Shown: one piece after another, positions 1 through 12,649 of the stretch
How the letters are laid out: each line of letters opens with the position of its first letter
Numbering within the stretch: the first letter of the stretch is position 1
Source: Nageia nagi
Lineage: Eukaryota; Plantae; Pinophyta
Assembly: GCA_050084985.1 (NCBI GenBank)
Contig: JBITNC010000001.1
Coordinates: forward strand, 27,838,001-27,902,000
Length of the DNA stretch: 64,000 nucleotides
Direction of reading: 5' to 3'
Notes under the pieces: model-generated
Databases searched by the model: none
The model's input: the letters and a program-made list of their open reading frames with translations, nothing else
What the model was told of the DNA's origin: nothing
Program-made: the position numbers and the translations under genes

Positions 1-1812
1 TCTATGAGAATGCTCTACTAGCATTTCTCCATGATCTTCACAAGTATTCTCTACTTATCTCTTTACTAACTATATTCCTATAACCACTACTCTATTTCAT
101 CTATAGTAGAATTCTACAGCTAAATTCTTTAATATAATTTCCAGCCCATGGTTGTCTTATATAGAATTAAAGGCTATAGAGAGATGGATAATAATCCATG
201 CATCCTTTTGTCTGTAGGATGAACTAAATATTAACACATCTACATTACACATCCATGCAAAAACATGAAAACTTATTGGTAATTAAGTAAAAATTATAAT
301 TGCAAATTAAAATATTAAATGGAGTAAAAAATTATCATTCATGGCTAAAAATGAAATAATTGAGGAAAACTTTCAAAAGTTCAAGCATAAGAATATATTT
401 CAACTCATACAAAGCCTAACATAATGCATTTTTGATAAAACCCGATCCTAGCAGTAACGTTAGGAACCTAGCCGTGTCGCTTGATTCAAGAATGTATTTT
501 CCAACAATTTTAAAAACCCATTTACTTTTTTTTTGGTATTTTATGATAAAAATGTGTTTATTTCCTACCCGTGCATGCTAAATGTGGTCCCTACATTTTT
601 TATCCTAATTATTTCGATAATTTTCAAAAACTTACAAAAAACATGAAAAATTAATTTTCAAAAATGTCCTACTTAACACATAAAGAGGGAATATGAAGAA
701 TTTTTTAGTATTTGGTGCCCGTTGGATGAAGAATGAATAATAAGAGCCTTATAATCATGTTAAGAAATAATTTGTTGATCCATATTCATAATGATCACAC
801 CCCATAAGATGATAGCTTATCCGCAACTCTTCACCACCTCAAATTGACACCTCGAACCTTAAGGACCAGAGTTCAAGTTGGCAAAATGCAAATGTGTAAA
901 TGAAATGTAGTTCCACCTATTTATAAATTAGATGGAATCTCTTTTCTTAAAATTCACCATTATTTATTCTAAATCGATCCTCTTTTCATTATTAATTGGA
1001 TACGCATCCATCTTAAGTTTGCTTTCCATCCCCTTCTGGTATCCTAAATAGCACGACACCGTTGAGATTCTAGCATCATCGCTGGGTTAAATGAGCCTTC
1101 TTCTAAAAATGGTTTATCCTTGAACTTGAAAAAATCCTACATGAAATAAAATTAGGCATGTAAGTGCATAATTAAATTTAACTTATCAAAAATCCCTCTT
1201 GGGCAAGTTGTTAAGAATAAATAGGAAATTATCATCAAATTTTCCAAAATATGATTGTTTTCCATCAAACACATAACATTTTCACTTCCTGAGTGCAGTA
1301 CAAATATATAGAAGTTATCTCTTTCAAAAATTTAATGATCTATTCTAGCATTACCGCTACATTCCTAGCAACTTAGTTGGGTTAATAAGGTAAAATAGTA
1401 TTTAATTCAACATTTGTGATCCGCATATATGGTAATATCAAGAAAAATATGTTCTATTTCTTTAACTACATTACATTTTTTTTGTTATTTTCTTGATATC
1501 TTAATATCATGTTTTCAGAAAATATTATGTATCATGCTATTATGAATAAATTTATGTGCACATTACCAATATTGTGATTAAATATGTTTTCATATCATAA
1601 CTTGTCATTCTTTGCTAAAAGGTGTACTATGTATCAAAAAACACTTTGCAAAAATATTTATCTATTACTTATCATAAATAATACTTATCCAGTAATTTTG
1701 CAAAAAATTATTATCAAAATGATGTTTTTCATATCAAATCATATCGAATGTAAAAAAAAAAAAAAATTGTATCATGATTTTGCTCTTATCATTGACTTCC
1801 TCTCTAAGAGAG

Positions 1813-2000
1813 GGCACTCTTATCACTTGATGCCTTTGTAAAGAAGGGGCATTCTTATCATTTGATGCCTTTGTAAGGAAGGGTCTTCTTATCATTTGAT
1901 GTACTTGTAAGAAAGTGTCATTCTTATCATTTGATGCCTTTGTAAGGAAGGGTTAATCTTATCATTTGACATCTTTGTAAGGAAGGGCCATTCATATCAA
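1813..2000. repeat. ~35-bp tandem repeat, about 5 copies
   Basis: Unit cttatcatttgatgcctttgtaaggaagggNcatt repeated with minor variation. Confidence 0.85.
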
Positions 2001-3299
2001 AAATTCCATGGCAGCAAGGTGGCAAGGGAATCCAAGTTGATCGCTTAAATTGGTAATCTATCTTCATACTCTTTGTGGATAAGCCACCAAGGATAGGTTT
2101 GATATCTTATCATATACATACTTTACATGTTATGATGTTTAATGTCTATATTTGACATATATTATGTAAAATTATTTCTTGTCCAAGTTCCTTTGTCCTT
2201 GCCTTGGATTACTCCTATGATGAGAGGTCCATCATGTCACAACCAAGCTAAAGAGGGGCATAATATAGGCAAAAAACTAGGGCATTCAAAGCTACCATTG
2301 TGAAATAACTTTTTAGGGACTATTTTCTTACTTATGTTATTGTACTTTGAGTTATGTTTTTATTATCCTTTTTCCTAAAAGCATCAAATCATATTCAAAT
2401 TTCAGCATTTTTTAACACCTAAAAAGGAATTTTAATTTATTTAAAATACCCTTTTAGGTACTTAAAATGATTTATTTAAATAAATAATTTTATCATTATG
2501 CACTCTCATCTACCTTTATGTTTTATGATAATAGGTTGATCTGACATCATAATAAACCAAAGGTGGAGCCTTAGCACTAGACCTATTATCTATAAAGGTG
2601 GAGGGGTTTTCCATAATATATTATGTTATGATCTTGAATCCTTGATAGGTTGCAATTACTTGTGCCATTCTTGACTAATGTTTCTTAACACCACCTATCA
2701 TATCTAGATTTTGTTATACATTAAACTTTGAATTCCTATGATCCTTTACATCCATCTGTGTGTGATATTCTGAGCTTTGAAGGAATGATGATGACATTGA
2801 GCAAAAGGATGAGGTAATCTGCAATGATAACTTGGCATCATTATTGGGATCTTAGCTTTGACATTAGGTTGAAGTTGGATTGGTGGTTCTATTCTTCGAA
2901 GAAGCTTATCATTCATCTGCTTTCAATTGAATATCACCTTCAATCATCGTGACAAGTAAGATACAAGTTTGTATCTTATGTAAATATAGTTTGATAGGTC
3001 AAGGTCAATTAGACATTATCATCATTTATTGATCATTTATTATATTTAGGTTAATTAATTAAATTGAATATACTGAAATAACCTAATAATTATTATTCAG
3101 TTATAACAATTGATTGAACTCTGCAAATAATGATTAGCATACAATCAAACAAAATGTAAATTACAAATTCTAAAACTATAATATACATTCAAATATTTGA
3201 ACTTATGTACACACCACACACAACATCATATATACACATAAATCATATGATTCACAATATGATCCCATCAATGAAGAACAAAGCATTCAAGATCATACC

Positions 3300-6200
3300 A
3301 CAGCATGAGCAAGATATACCATAGAAAAGTTCAAGATAATGTAAAAAGTTATAATAAAAATAATTACATCCATAATTTCATACATATAACAAATCAATTA
3401 CAAAAATTATCATATATATTCTTCATCGTCAAGACTACAATAATTTTTCTAGATACATTTATTCAAATTTAACTTTATCATCTACAACATCAGATGAAAT
3501 ATATTGACTACAATGTAAGAAAATATAAGTCCCTATATCAGTAAAGTGCATGTAAATGCATTGCAAAGTAATCACTAGCCAATCATGCAAGATATTTTTC
3601 TTAATCAAGTGTAGTCCAATTCACATTACATTTAAAAAATATCACCATCTAAAATGACCTATAATTCAAATTGAAGAATTTCTTAAAATTTTATAATTAT
3701 ATTTTAATTTTTTCTTGTATCAAGTTTTTTTGTATCCTCTTGAATTTGCATGACCTTTCTTGGTCAAAATCTAAGACTTCTTCACTCCATCATAGTCAAA
3801 TCTCCTTCTTTTCTCATATGCCCACATTGTAAGGAAAGAAAATGCTTGCACATATTTATACGAAAAATGTTATTAGTGCAATATATTTATATTTGCTTCA
3901 AAATAAAGACTTATAAAAATATTAATAAAAATAATGACCTCAAACATGCATTCAATAGTCATATTTAATACATTTTGGTCATCTTAATCTATTTTTCCTC
4001 ATGCAACTCATTGTTTCATTTCAATTTCGCTCTTCATCCATGACCTTGGATATTTTTATGGCCAATTTTCCTCTCTTTGATTTCTAGATGTACCCCTTTG
4101 ATTCTATATGTGAAACAAGATATGTTCTTATTAAATTTACCTTCTTTTAGTTTGATATAGCTCAATCCATTTATCACAACATACATAATGCATCATGACA
4201 AATCAATTTGTAGATTCATGAAGGTCATAATCAATAAATTTATAATGCCATGATACATAGATATTATCTAGTAAGCATTAATAAAATTAAATTCAAAATG
4301 CATGTACATATTATAATTATATATAAATTACTAATATCTAAAACATAATTAGTACTTTTAAGAGAATATGGTGTTCCACCTATATCTAAGACCTCTCTTC
4401 TAATTTCTCATTATATTTGTATGCATTCCATATTTTTAGGGTAGAAGCATTGATTTGGGAAAGATACTCACCCATAGATCCTTTTACTTATGAATATTGT
4501 CTAACAAATCCTTTCAGTACTTTTAAAAAGCTCTAAAAAAATGTTTCTAGTACTCATAAACACCTGCCATTTCAATATCATCTACTAAGTGGATTCATAG
4601 GTTCACTTGTATGTCCATAAAAGCAACAAACAATTTTTTTTTTCTAATTTGTAGACAATTTCAATAATTTCTTTACACCATTGATCTATCGTAGCCACAT
4701 GTATCTCCTTTGAAGATAATCACATATCCATCAAAATATAATATCATCAAAATACAACATGTCGAATACATAAAATATTAGAACATAACAATAAACACAT
4801 GTTATATTATTTTTTCATAGAGCGATATTGTAAAAAGATATACTTTAAAAATAATGATAGTCAATCGATTGCATGTCTCATATCAATAGGTAGACTCCCA
4901 CATCCATGAATTGTAATTGGAAAAATATGTTACACAAAATATTTGTGAAAATGATATTAATATATTTATTTTGATAGAAAATCTATATTAATAATATGAG
5001 ATTAATACCTTCATAAAGTTGTGGTAATCATGAGTTTTGAATCTTATGATTTTACCATCAGCACTGAATGCACTTCTTATAGATGATCCATAATATGTTG
5101 GTGTTCTAATATTTTGAATAACTTTGTGTTACTTTTCTACTTCATCTTTTTTCAAGCCATGTGGTCATAGGTACTTTGTTTCTTCCATCTTGATAGTAAG
5201 TTATCTATAACGATCTCATTTTATGTATATCCTTTAAGTCATTTCTCAAACCATCCATATCTAATTCTTTGCTTGTTGTATATCAATACAAATAAGATGT
5301 AATATTCTTTACAATGTATATACGATCCACTAAATGTGTCACTAACAATTCCTTCAAATATTACAGTGTATAAAATATTGATAATATGTTTATGCTTGAA
5401 ACCATTTAACTAGTTAATCATTTAATTAGTAAACTTATGATTTTGCAACTTTACAAACCTGCATATTTTCAAATTAATAAATATATTATAAATATATTGT
5501 ATTGTCTAATATTTCATCTATAGGTAAATCATTTTCACCAAGAATAATCTCATAATATAACCCTAAAGTAGTACCTTTATCATGGGCTCTTTTCTTAACA
5601 TTTTTCATACTTTGGTGGTACTTTATGAACCAATCCATAGGAGTTATGTATATAGAATGGGATTTTTATCTACTCAACTATAGGCATCCTTTTTTAGAAA
5701 AAGTATGATCCATTGGTAAATATTTCCTATGACCAATATACTCTATCTTATGCATTTGACATGAATGTTTTGATGGAAGATTTTTTGCACATTGTGGACA
5801 AGCATGATAACCTTTTATACGAATACATGTGATAAGTTTCATTAGAGAAAGCATATAATTCATATGCTTGTAAAAAATAAAAAATACACATGTAAAAACT
5901 ATTGTATACATGCATACCTACATAAATAGAAAGTCTTAGATAATCATGTATAGTCCAACTTAATATGCCATAACATTTGAATGACCTTTGATTGATAGGT
6001 CTATTTATATCATACATATGAATACCTTCCCACAAGAACATCAACTCATTAATTACTAGTTAAGGCAGACATCCATGTGTTTAACCTGTTTCTTTCTAGG
6101 GATTTTAACAACCAACATCAAAGGCTCTTTTCTTATAAACATCTATGGAGGTATGTTATAATTGATTATAAAAATAGGCCAACATGAGTAATTAGATGTT

Positions 6201-7150
6201 TGGTTCAAAAATGGATTGACACCATCGATTGTTAAACCCAATTTGACACTCCTAAGTTCATCTTTAAATTTCTTGGGCCACTTTTCCTCTATACATTTCA
6301 TTACTTTACTATCTATAGATATGCATAATACGCTTTTTTCAGTTCTATTTCTTTCATGCTAGTATATTAAGTCTGCAAGTGACTTACACCAAAATATTCA
6401 CATCAACCTAAGAATTATTGGCATATGATGAACAATCTTTTAAGGAATTTTTTTCATTTCTCATAGTATTTTTTTCATTGCATTTTGGAAATTCAATCTT
6501 TGTATCATATTCTTCTCCTCTATATAATATGAAATTATTAATACAAACATGGTATAAATTATACTCCACCCCTACATCTTTAAAAATATCATGTATCTTT
6601 TTCCATGAATCTAGGATGATATTGTTACTTGGAAACAACTTTTCATTTAATAAACTATAATACAAATGAAAAATAAATTATGTAGTTAATTTGATAGAAA
6701 TTAAAATATCAAAAAATAAAAAAATAAAAAAAATCATACCTCATAAGAGCAATAAAACTTGTATTTGATAATCCAAATTTGGCTTGTATGTTCATCATAA
6801 GTAGGTTTGTCTATAATAAAGTTCTATTTTTTCCTTCATTCCTTATTAAATCATCATGTCATTCATCACTCTCTTTCATCATCATCATCATGAATATACA
6901 GGGACTCAAGTAAACCATCAATTCAATTTTCTTCATGATCATTATCATCATCATCATCATCATCAATATTATTCTCTCTTAATTCACCATTATCACTTCT
7001 TGAATCCCACATAGGTATTTGAATAAGAGTTGTTAGATTTGGTATAGACATAAATTGTGCATATTGTTCAAGGTTCCATGCTCTTTGTAGTATCTTCTTA
7101 TCTCTCCTACTTACATTATTTTGATGCAATGTTGGTGTAATAGTAATCAT
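3300..7150 (-). pseudogene. Decayed CACTA/En-Spm transposase (Transposase_21/Tnp2 plus DUF4218-like region), intron-containing
   Basis: Minus-strand peptides YHVCINNFILYRGEE, VKLGLTIDGVNPF (~6220-6260), LWEGIHMYD...ILSWTIHDY, KGYHACPQC...YIGHRKYLPMDH and KVLKGFVRQ...KGSMGE (~4470-4530). Many stops. Boundaries approximate. Confidence 0.85.
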
Positions 7151-7570
7151 GTTTGAGTGCTTATGATGACTATTTGTTGCATTTTAATCATGTGTCTATT
7201 AAATAAATTGTTACAAACCATTAATTCAAAATTTTGATACATCCATTAATACACATGATTCATACATATAATTTGATACATCCATACATACAATTTGATA
7301 TATTTGTACATAAACATTATCTATACATACAAATTGATACATTCATTCGTACACACCAATAATAAATTAATTTTTGTTTTATTTTTCAGCTTTGATCCTT
7401 AATGAATTATTACATTATGATCATATCCTAACTCCAAATGTTGTGCCTTATGTCTTGGAGTAAGTCTTATGTAATTGTAGTGAATTAATATCTCATCACT
7501 AATATTAAGAATTTTAATAGGAATAATAACCACATATTTACTCATTTATCTATCCATGAAGTCTTCTTTA

Positions 7571-8070
7571 TGTTGGAATGTATAATGCATTGTTGTAAAG
7601 GTTTTGTAATAATATTCTATCTAAATTTACTAATAATTAAGGGTATCATTTGATACCTTAAGTATTTAAGTGAATATAATAATGTAACTTGTCCTGCACT
7701 CCATGTCATGAGCATGCCCCTTAGGTAAAAGGGAGTTGCATGTCATGCCTTTGTACATTGGGTAAAAAGGTGATCAAAGAGGGATTTTAGCCTATAAATT
7801 GAAGGATTCCTCTTTGTGATCACACAACCAATTTGTGGAGTAAAGTTATGCTAGAGGATAGTGTTTAGGAGATGAGTTTAGAAAGATTGTAAGAGTTCAT
7901 ATTATGAATGAAATGAGATCTAGTTAGTGGATGTACTCCTAGTTAGAGGAACCACTTATATTTTGAGTTATCTTTATGAGATTGCTTTGTGAGTTTGTTA
8001 GATGTGAATTATGATCTTTCATGTGATCTTGGGAATATAGAGTTATTTATGTTATAGTTCAACTCTCTCA
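7571..8070 (+). mobile_element. Solo LTR (500 bp), copia-type
   Basis: TGTTGG...TCTCA ends, exact 5-bp TSD CTTTA (7566-7570 and 8071-8075), TATA box cctataaat, homologous to 31205-31702. Confidence 0.9.
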
Positions 8071-9100
8071 CTTTATTATTATTACATTAGTAAAATTTAT
8101 AATTTGGTTCTCATTCTTTGCCTACATAATTATTTATGTATCCTATTATGTTTCCTTGTATTTTTTGTCAACCATCAATGTATAAGAGTTTTGAACACTT
8201 CGAATGTGAAATATCAAAAACATTTGCACATATTCCATATGTTGACATACTGTAGATATATGATGTTAGTTATTTATAAACCTTTGCTATGTAAACTAGC
8301 CCATAAAATGGCGTTAATGGCTTTATCTCGAAACTTGGAGTAACAACCACAATACTATGTATAATTAAACTATATTTAGAGTAATTTGTAGATGGTTTAA
8401 TCATCTATCGATGATCATAATAAGGAAATATCTCATAAGCCTTTGAAAAAGGCCTTTCAACTCACCATGCATCATATGTTCCACGATCATATGTATGTTG
8501 ATATTTAAGTTATAGTTTTTTATGACATGTTCATCAAACCCAAATCATGAACATCTTCCTTTGTTAGATCAACTAGCTCCTCATGTGTAGTAGAACATGC
8601 ATCCACTGATAATTGATGAAGTCACCTTTGAAGTCTTGTTCTTATAAATATTATTCTAACTTCATCTGATGGACCTACACATTGTTTTGTCTTCATCTAC
8701 TGGATCTACACATTGATTTTATTTAGTTTTATTTATTTTTTAATTCAATATATAAGAATTCAAAAATTAATTCAAATTTTGATACTAATTGTCTCATGGC
8801 CATCATCATCTTTTGATGATGAGTATGAATCATTAATACTTTGTACATTTTATTCCTACAACATTAGCCATAAAATGGAGTTAAATATTACAAATAATAT
8901 CATGAAAGTAAGAATTTAAATGATATTACATTTCTATACCATACATAATAACATTTAGTTTACCTTATCCTCATTGGATGAAACATCACTCCTCCTCACA
9001 GGACCTACAGGAAATATCTTAGGATCTGAATTATATGTCATATCACTCCTCAACCTCCAAGGAACTCGTGTAGGCAAATCTTATGAATCAAATGACACAT

Positions 9101-9589
9101 TGTTAGAATTTGTAATGAAATATTGTGAATATCTAAACTCCTTGTAAATTCAATTAATCACTTAAGGGTATGTAGATACCTTAAGAGATTAATAGAATTC
9201 TTTAATATGTAGACTTTGACTTTACCAAAGGAGTTAGTTGGTAGGTTGAAGTTTGGTGGTACATTTAATGTAACCCTAACCTTACCCTTGGGTTAAAGGA
9301 AGGTTAGGGAGGTGCTCTCAACCTATAAATAGAGGGCCTCTCCTCATGTAAATATATCTAAGTTTTGAGTAAGATTACTCTACTTGGTTGTGTAGGAGAG
9401 AGCTAGAGAATAGTTGTAAGAGAGACATAGATTTGAGAATAAGAGAACTAGTTGTGGATGTACTCCCAAGGAGGGAGGAACCACATTATATTGATGTGTT
9501 ATCTTGAGTGATTGTGTTATCTTGTGTACACTTGAGTTTCCTAGTCTAAGGTCCTAGAGGATTTGTTTAGATCTAGTTCAAATCCTTCA
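9101..9589 (+). repeat. 5' LTR of copia element
   Basis: tgttagaatt...aatccttca; I count 2 mismatches against the 3' LTR; TATA cctataaat near 9322. Confidence 0.97.
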
Positions 9590-9591
9590 TT

Positions 9592-9605
9592 TGGTATCAG
9601 AGCCA
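9592..9605 (+). promoter_or_regulatory. Primer binding site, initiator tRNA-Met
   Basis: TGGTATCAGAGCCA 2 nt after the 5' LTR. Confidence 0.95.
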
Positions 9606-10248
9606 CGTTGAGGAAGCTCTTTTGGTGTGGAAGCTACATCTTGGAAGTGCTTCATCCTTCTCAACTTTGGAGATCTTCATTCTTCATTGTGAGGTAAAAG
9701 GTTTGCAAAGGTATAACCTTCTATCCTTCTTTAACTAAGTTCATTATGATACTAATCTTTTGTATGATTATGTTAGCTCAATGGCTTAGCAATACCATAA
9801 TATATTTTTGCTATTCTCTTCTTACTAACAATATTTTATGTTAGTAATCTATTTTTAATGTACAAAGAAAATGTTTATTTTTTCTTTTGAGCAAAAATAT
9901 ATTATGATAGCATCTTATTGAAAAGTTTTTACAATAGTCTTTTGTGAAAAATATCAGAAAAGGAGGAAGGTGCAATTTTTTTAATATTTTATTGTTGAAA
10001 TAAAGAGGAGGACAATTTTCTTTAAGGGCACAATAATATATTTAAATGATACCATATATATATATATATATATATATTTTTTATTTTTATTTAAAATATA
10101 GTCAAAAATATATACATATATATATATTTTTATTTTAAATTTGTTTTTCAATACTCAAAACTGTTTAAAATAAAAATCAAATAAATATAAAATGTTTATA
10201 TTTAAATCGAGAGGGGTAAGGGCAATTTAATTGTCATTAAATTCAAAA

Positions 10249-10731
10249 CTAATACAAATTTATTTCAACGAGGGGGGTCCACGCGCCTGCAGCGCTGCTG
10301 GTGGCGGCGGCATTGGCGATGGCTCCATCGCTGCGGTGTCCGGAAGTGGATTCGCCACCTGCACAACGCCCCGAGTCCACTCCCTGCAAGCTGGGACAAT
10401 CCTCCTCTGGAGGCGGCGGGGTGTATGAAGAGAAAGGTAGAGCGGCTTGAGCGTCGCATGGGAGAGAGGGAGAGACATCGGGTAGAGGTGGAAAGATGTG
10501 AAGTTGGGGTGGTGGGTGTAATAAGGGAAGCGAGGTTTGAGGGTTTTAAAGATGGAGGTGATGGGGCTTGATAAAACCCGCATTAACGTCTTGATAGAGA
10601 TCATCGTGAGGAATTTCTTCTTCTTCTTCGGCTGTTGGTCCACCACAGAAGGCACCATTAGCATGGGCATTGGCATTGATATTGGCATGGTCTTCCTCTC
10701 CGTAGTCCAACTGCTCCTCGGACTGATCCAT
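10249..10731 (-). pseudogene. Antisense ORF inside copia leader resembling the N-terminus of CFIm68/CFIm59 (CPSF6/7); one internal stop
   Basis: MDQSEEQLDYGEED...AEEEEEIPHDDLYQDVNAGF resembles plant CFIm68/59 N-termini as I recall them (EEQLDYGDEE...DDLYNDVNVGEGF). After TAA at 10546-10548 the same frame stays open for 98 Pro/Ala/Gly/Ser-rich codons. Segment is GC- and CpG-rich. Confidence 0.65.
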
Positions 10732-11622
10732 TGGAAGGTCACACCGCATTATGCAGACTACGTTTCGTGGCCTGCAATGATCGTAGAGTCTGCACCAAAC
10801 GAATACGTTGACAGGACCTGATTCATAGCCTGCACTGCTCGTATCCCGCCTGCCACGAAAACATGCACCACCATCTCCCTCGCCAACCACAGACCCGACT
10901 TCCCTGGACTGTACATGCCCGCAGGATAAACACAAAATGGCTACATCTATAAGGCTTCACGACATGCCTTTTTTTTTTCTTGTTGTTTTTGACTTTTCTA
11001 CCCTACCGCCTCCGCCCGCGCTTCTGCCGCCCCGCTGGTCTGCGCTGGCTCACCCCTACCCACACGCTTACCGCCTCCTCGCCGACTTTGGCCCCTAGGA
11101 GCCTTTGGTCACTCACCTGCCTCATTTTTTTTGTTTCACACATCACTTTGAGGTGTTTATTTTTTTCTCTCTCTTCCCTCTTAAACCATTTTTTTTCCTC
11201 TCCTTACCATTAAAATAACAACAAGCATTAATTTCAGTCAAACCTAGTTGGATAAAACTTTTTTTCCAAAAAGGAGGCTAATTTACTGTTTAATTACTTG
11301 CATATTTTCAATGCACCATTGGCAACGTATACTCTCATTGGTGAGAAGAAAAAGGGGGAGTCATCTTTTACAACTACCATGCATTTAATTGCTTCTTGAC
11401 TTAGGTCTCTTTATTTTTAGTGCTTCCAAGTCAATTGCTCCATTAAATGCCCTTAGGAGTACTTAGACTCTTTCTCATATTTTCCTCCACCTTGCATGTT
11501 TAATTTCAATATGCACTCTCTAAGCATGGTTACACGGGATAACACTTTCAGTAAAAAGGGGGGGCCTTGGTATAATTTTTTTACTTACATTTTATCTAGA
11601 TGTTGCATATGATGCATAAAAC

Positions 11623-11845
11623 ATGCTTAGGACTTAAATTTTTAATGCATGATGCATGCTTACTTAAAATTTTAAGTCATGATGTTATAAGTATGCTTAG
11701 GACTTAAATTTTTAATGCATGATGCATGCTTACTTAAATTTTAAGTCATGATAGAATGCATGTTATAAGTATGCTTAGGACTTAAATTTTTAATGCATGA
11801 TGCATGCTTACTTAAATTTTTAAGTCATGATACAATGCATGTTAT
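11623..11845. repeat. 70-78 bp tandem repeat x3 in copia leader, each unit with an inverted repeat
   Basis: Units start at 11623, 11693 and 11771; gacttaaatttttaa pairs with ttaaaattttaagtc. Confidence 0.9.
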
Positions 11846-12649
11846 GAATTAAATACTAAGTAGGACTTAGTTCTTTGTTTAATTCATTAAGTGCTTGAAT
11901 AAAGTGAGAAAAATATGAACAATGTAAAAGTCCTTTAGGGGTTAGAACAAAACCCATTGGACTCAATTTTTTTGGCCTCTTAAGGTTTCAAGTTCGTGTG
12001 GATGGAGTATTTTTCACCTTACTTTATATTTTTTGCACATTTGCTTATACTTGCAATACGCAAAAATTTGGAAAGTAACCCCTAAAATGAATACATCCGC
12101 ACGTATTTTCCACAACATGACTTGTTTGGGGAGCCATGAGGTGAGGACAGGGCAGACTGGAGCCCTTTTAGTCCGAAGAACCAAGTGGTGGTAAGTCCGT
12201 CTTAATTGCCCCTAAGACCTCTGTTGGATTGGATATAACTCTATTAGGTGGACAGACATGTGTGTAGTGATACCACATGTCCGCACGTCCATTCAGGGAT
12301 TATCCTGATAACCTAGGAGGAAAACTGAAACCCTTAATCAAGATAATTAAAATGGCCGGTCCAAGATACGTCGGATCCTTGGAAAATAGTAGGTACTTCT
12401 CCTTGTGAGAGTATATCACTGACCAAGGTGAACTGGTTGAGGACTGGTAGTACCTGGGCTCCACCTTGCGGGCATCCAGGTGAAGGCCTAATTCTATACA
12501 AGAAAACAACCCCAACTTTATCCTTCTATGGATCGTGGTTAATGAGTTTACACATGTGGGACATGTTTGCTTATTAGGTGTTTTATATGTATAGATGAAA
12601 ATTGTAAAAGTTTACATTCTTATTGCATATTCATTTGTTTTTTGTAGCA

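Noticed and set aside
1-3300. Left TIR of the CACTA element, and genes in the first 3 kb
   Set aside because: No convincing CACTAC terminus with subterminal repeats was found; the ORFs are AT-rich noise in unclassified repeat remnants.
10260-10742. 160-aa minus-strand ORF (MTFQWISP...) and overlapping plus-strand ORFs
   Set aside because: Alternative frames of the GC-rich insert with no recognisable motifs; the EEQLDYG/DDLYQDVN frame is the informative one.
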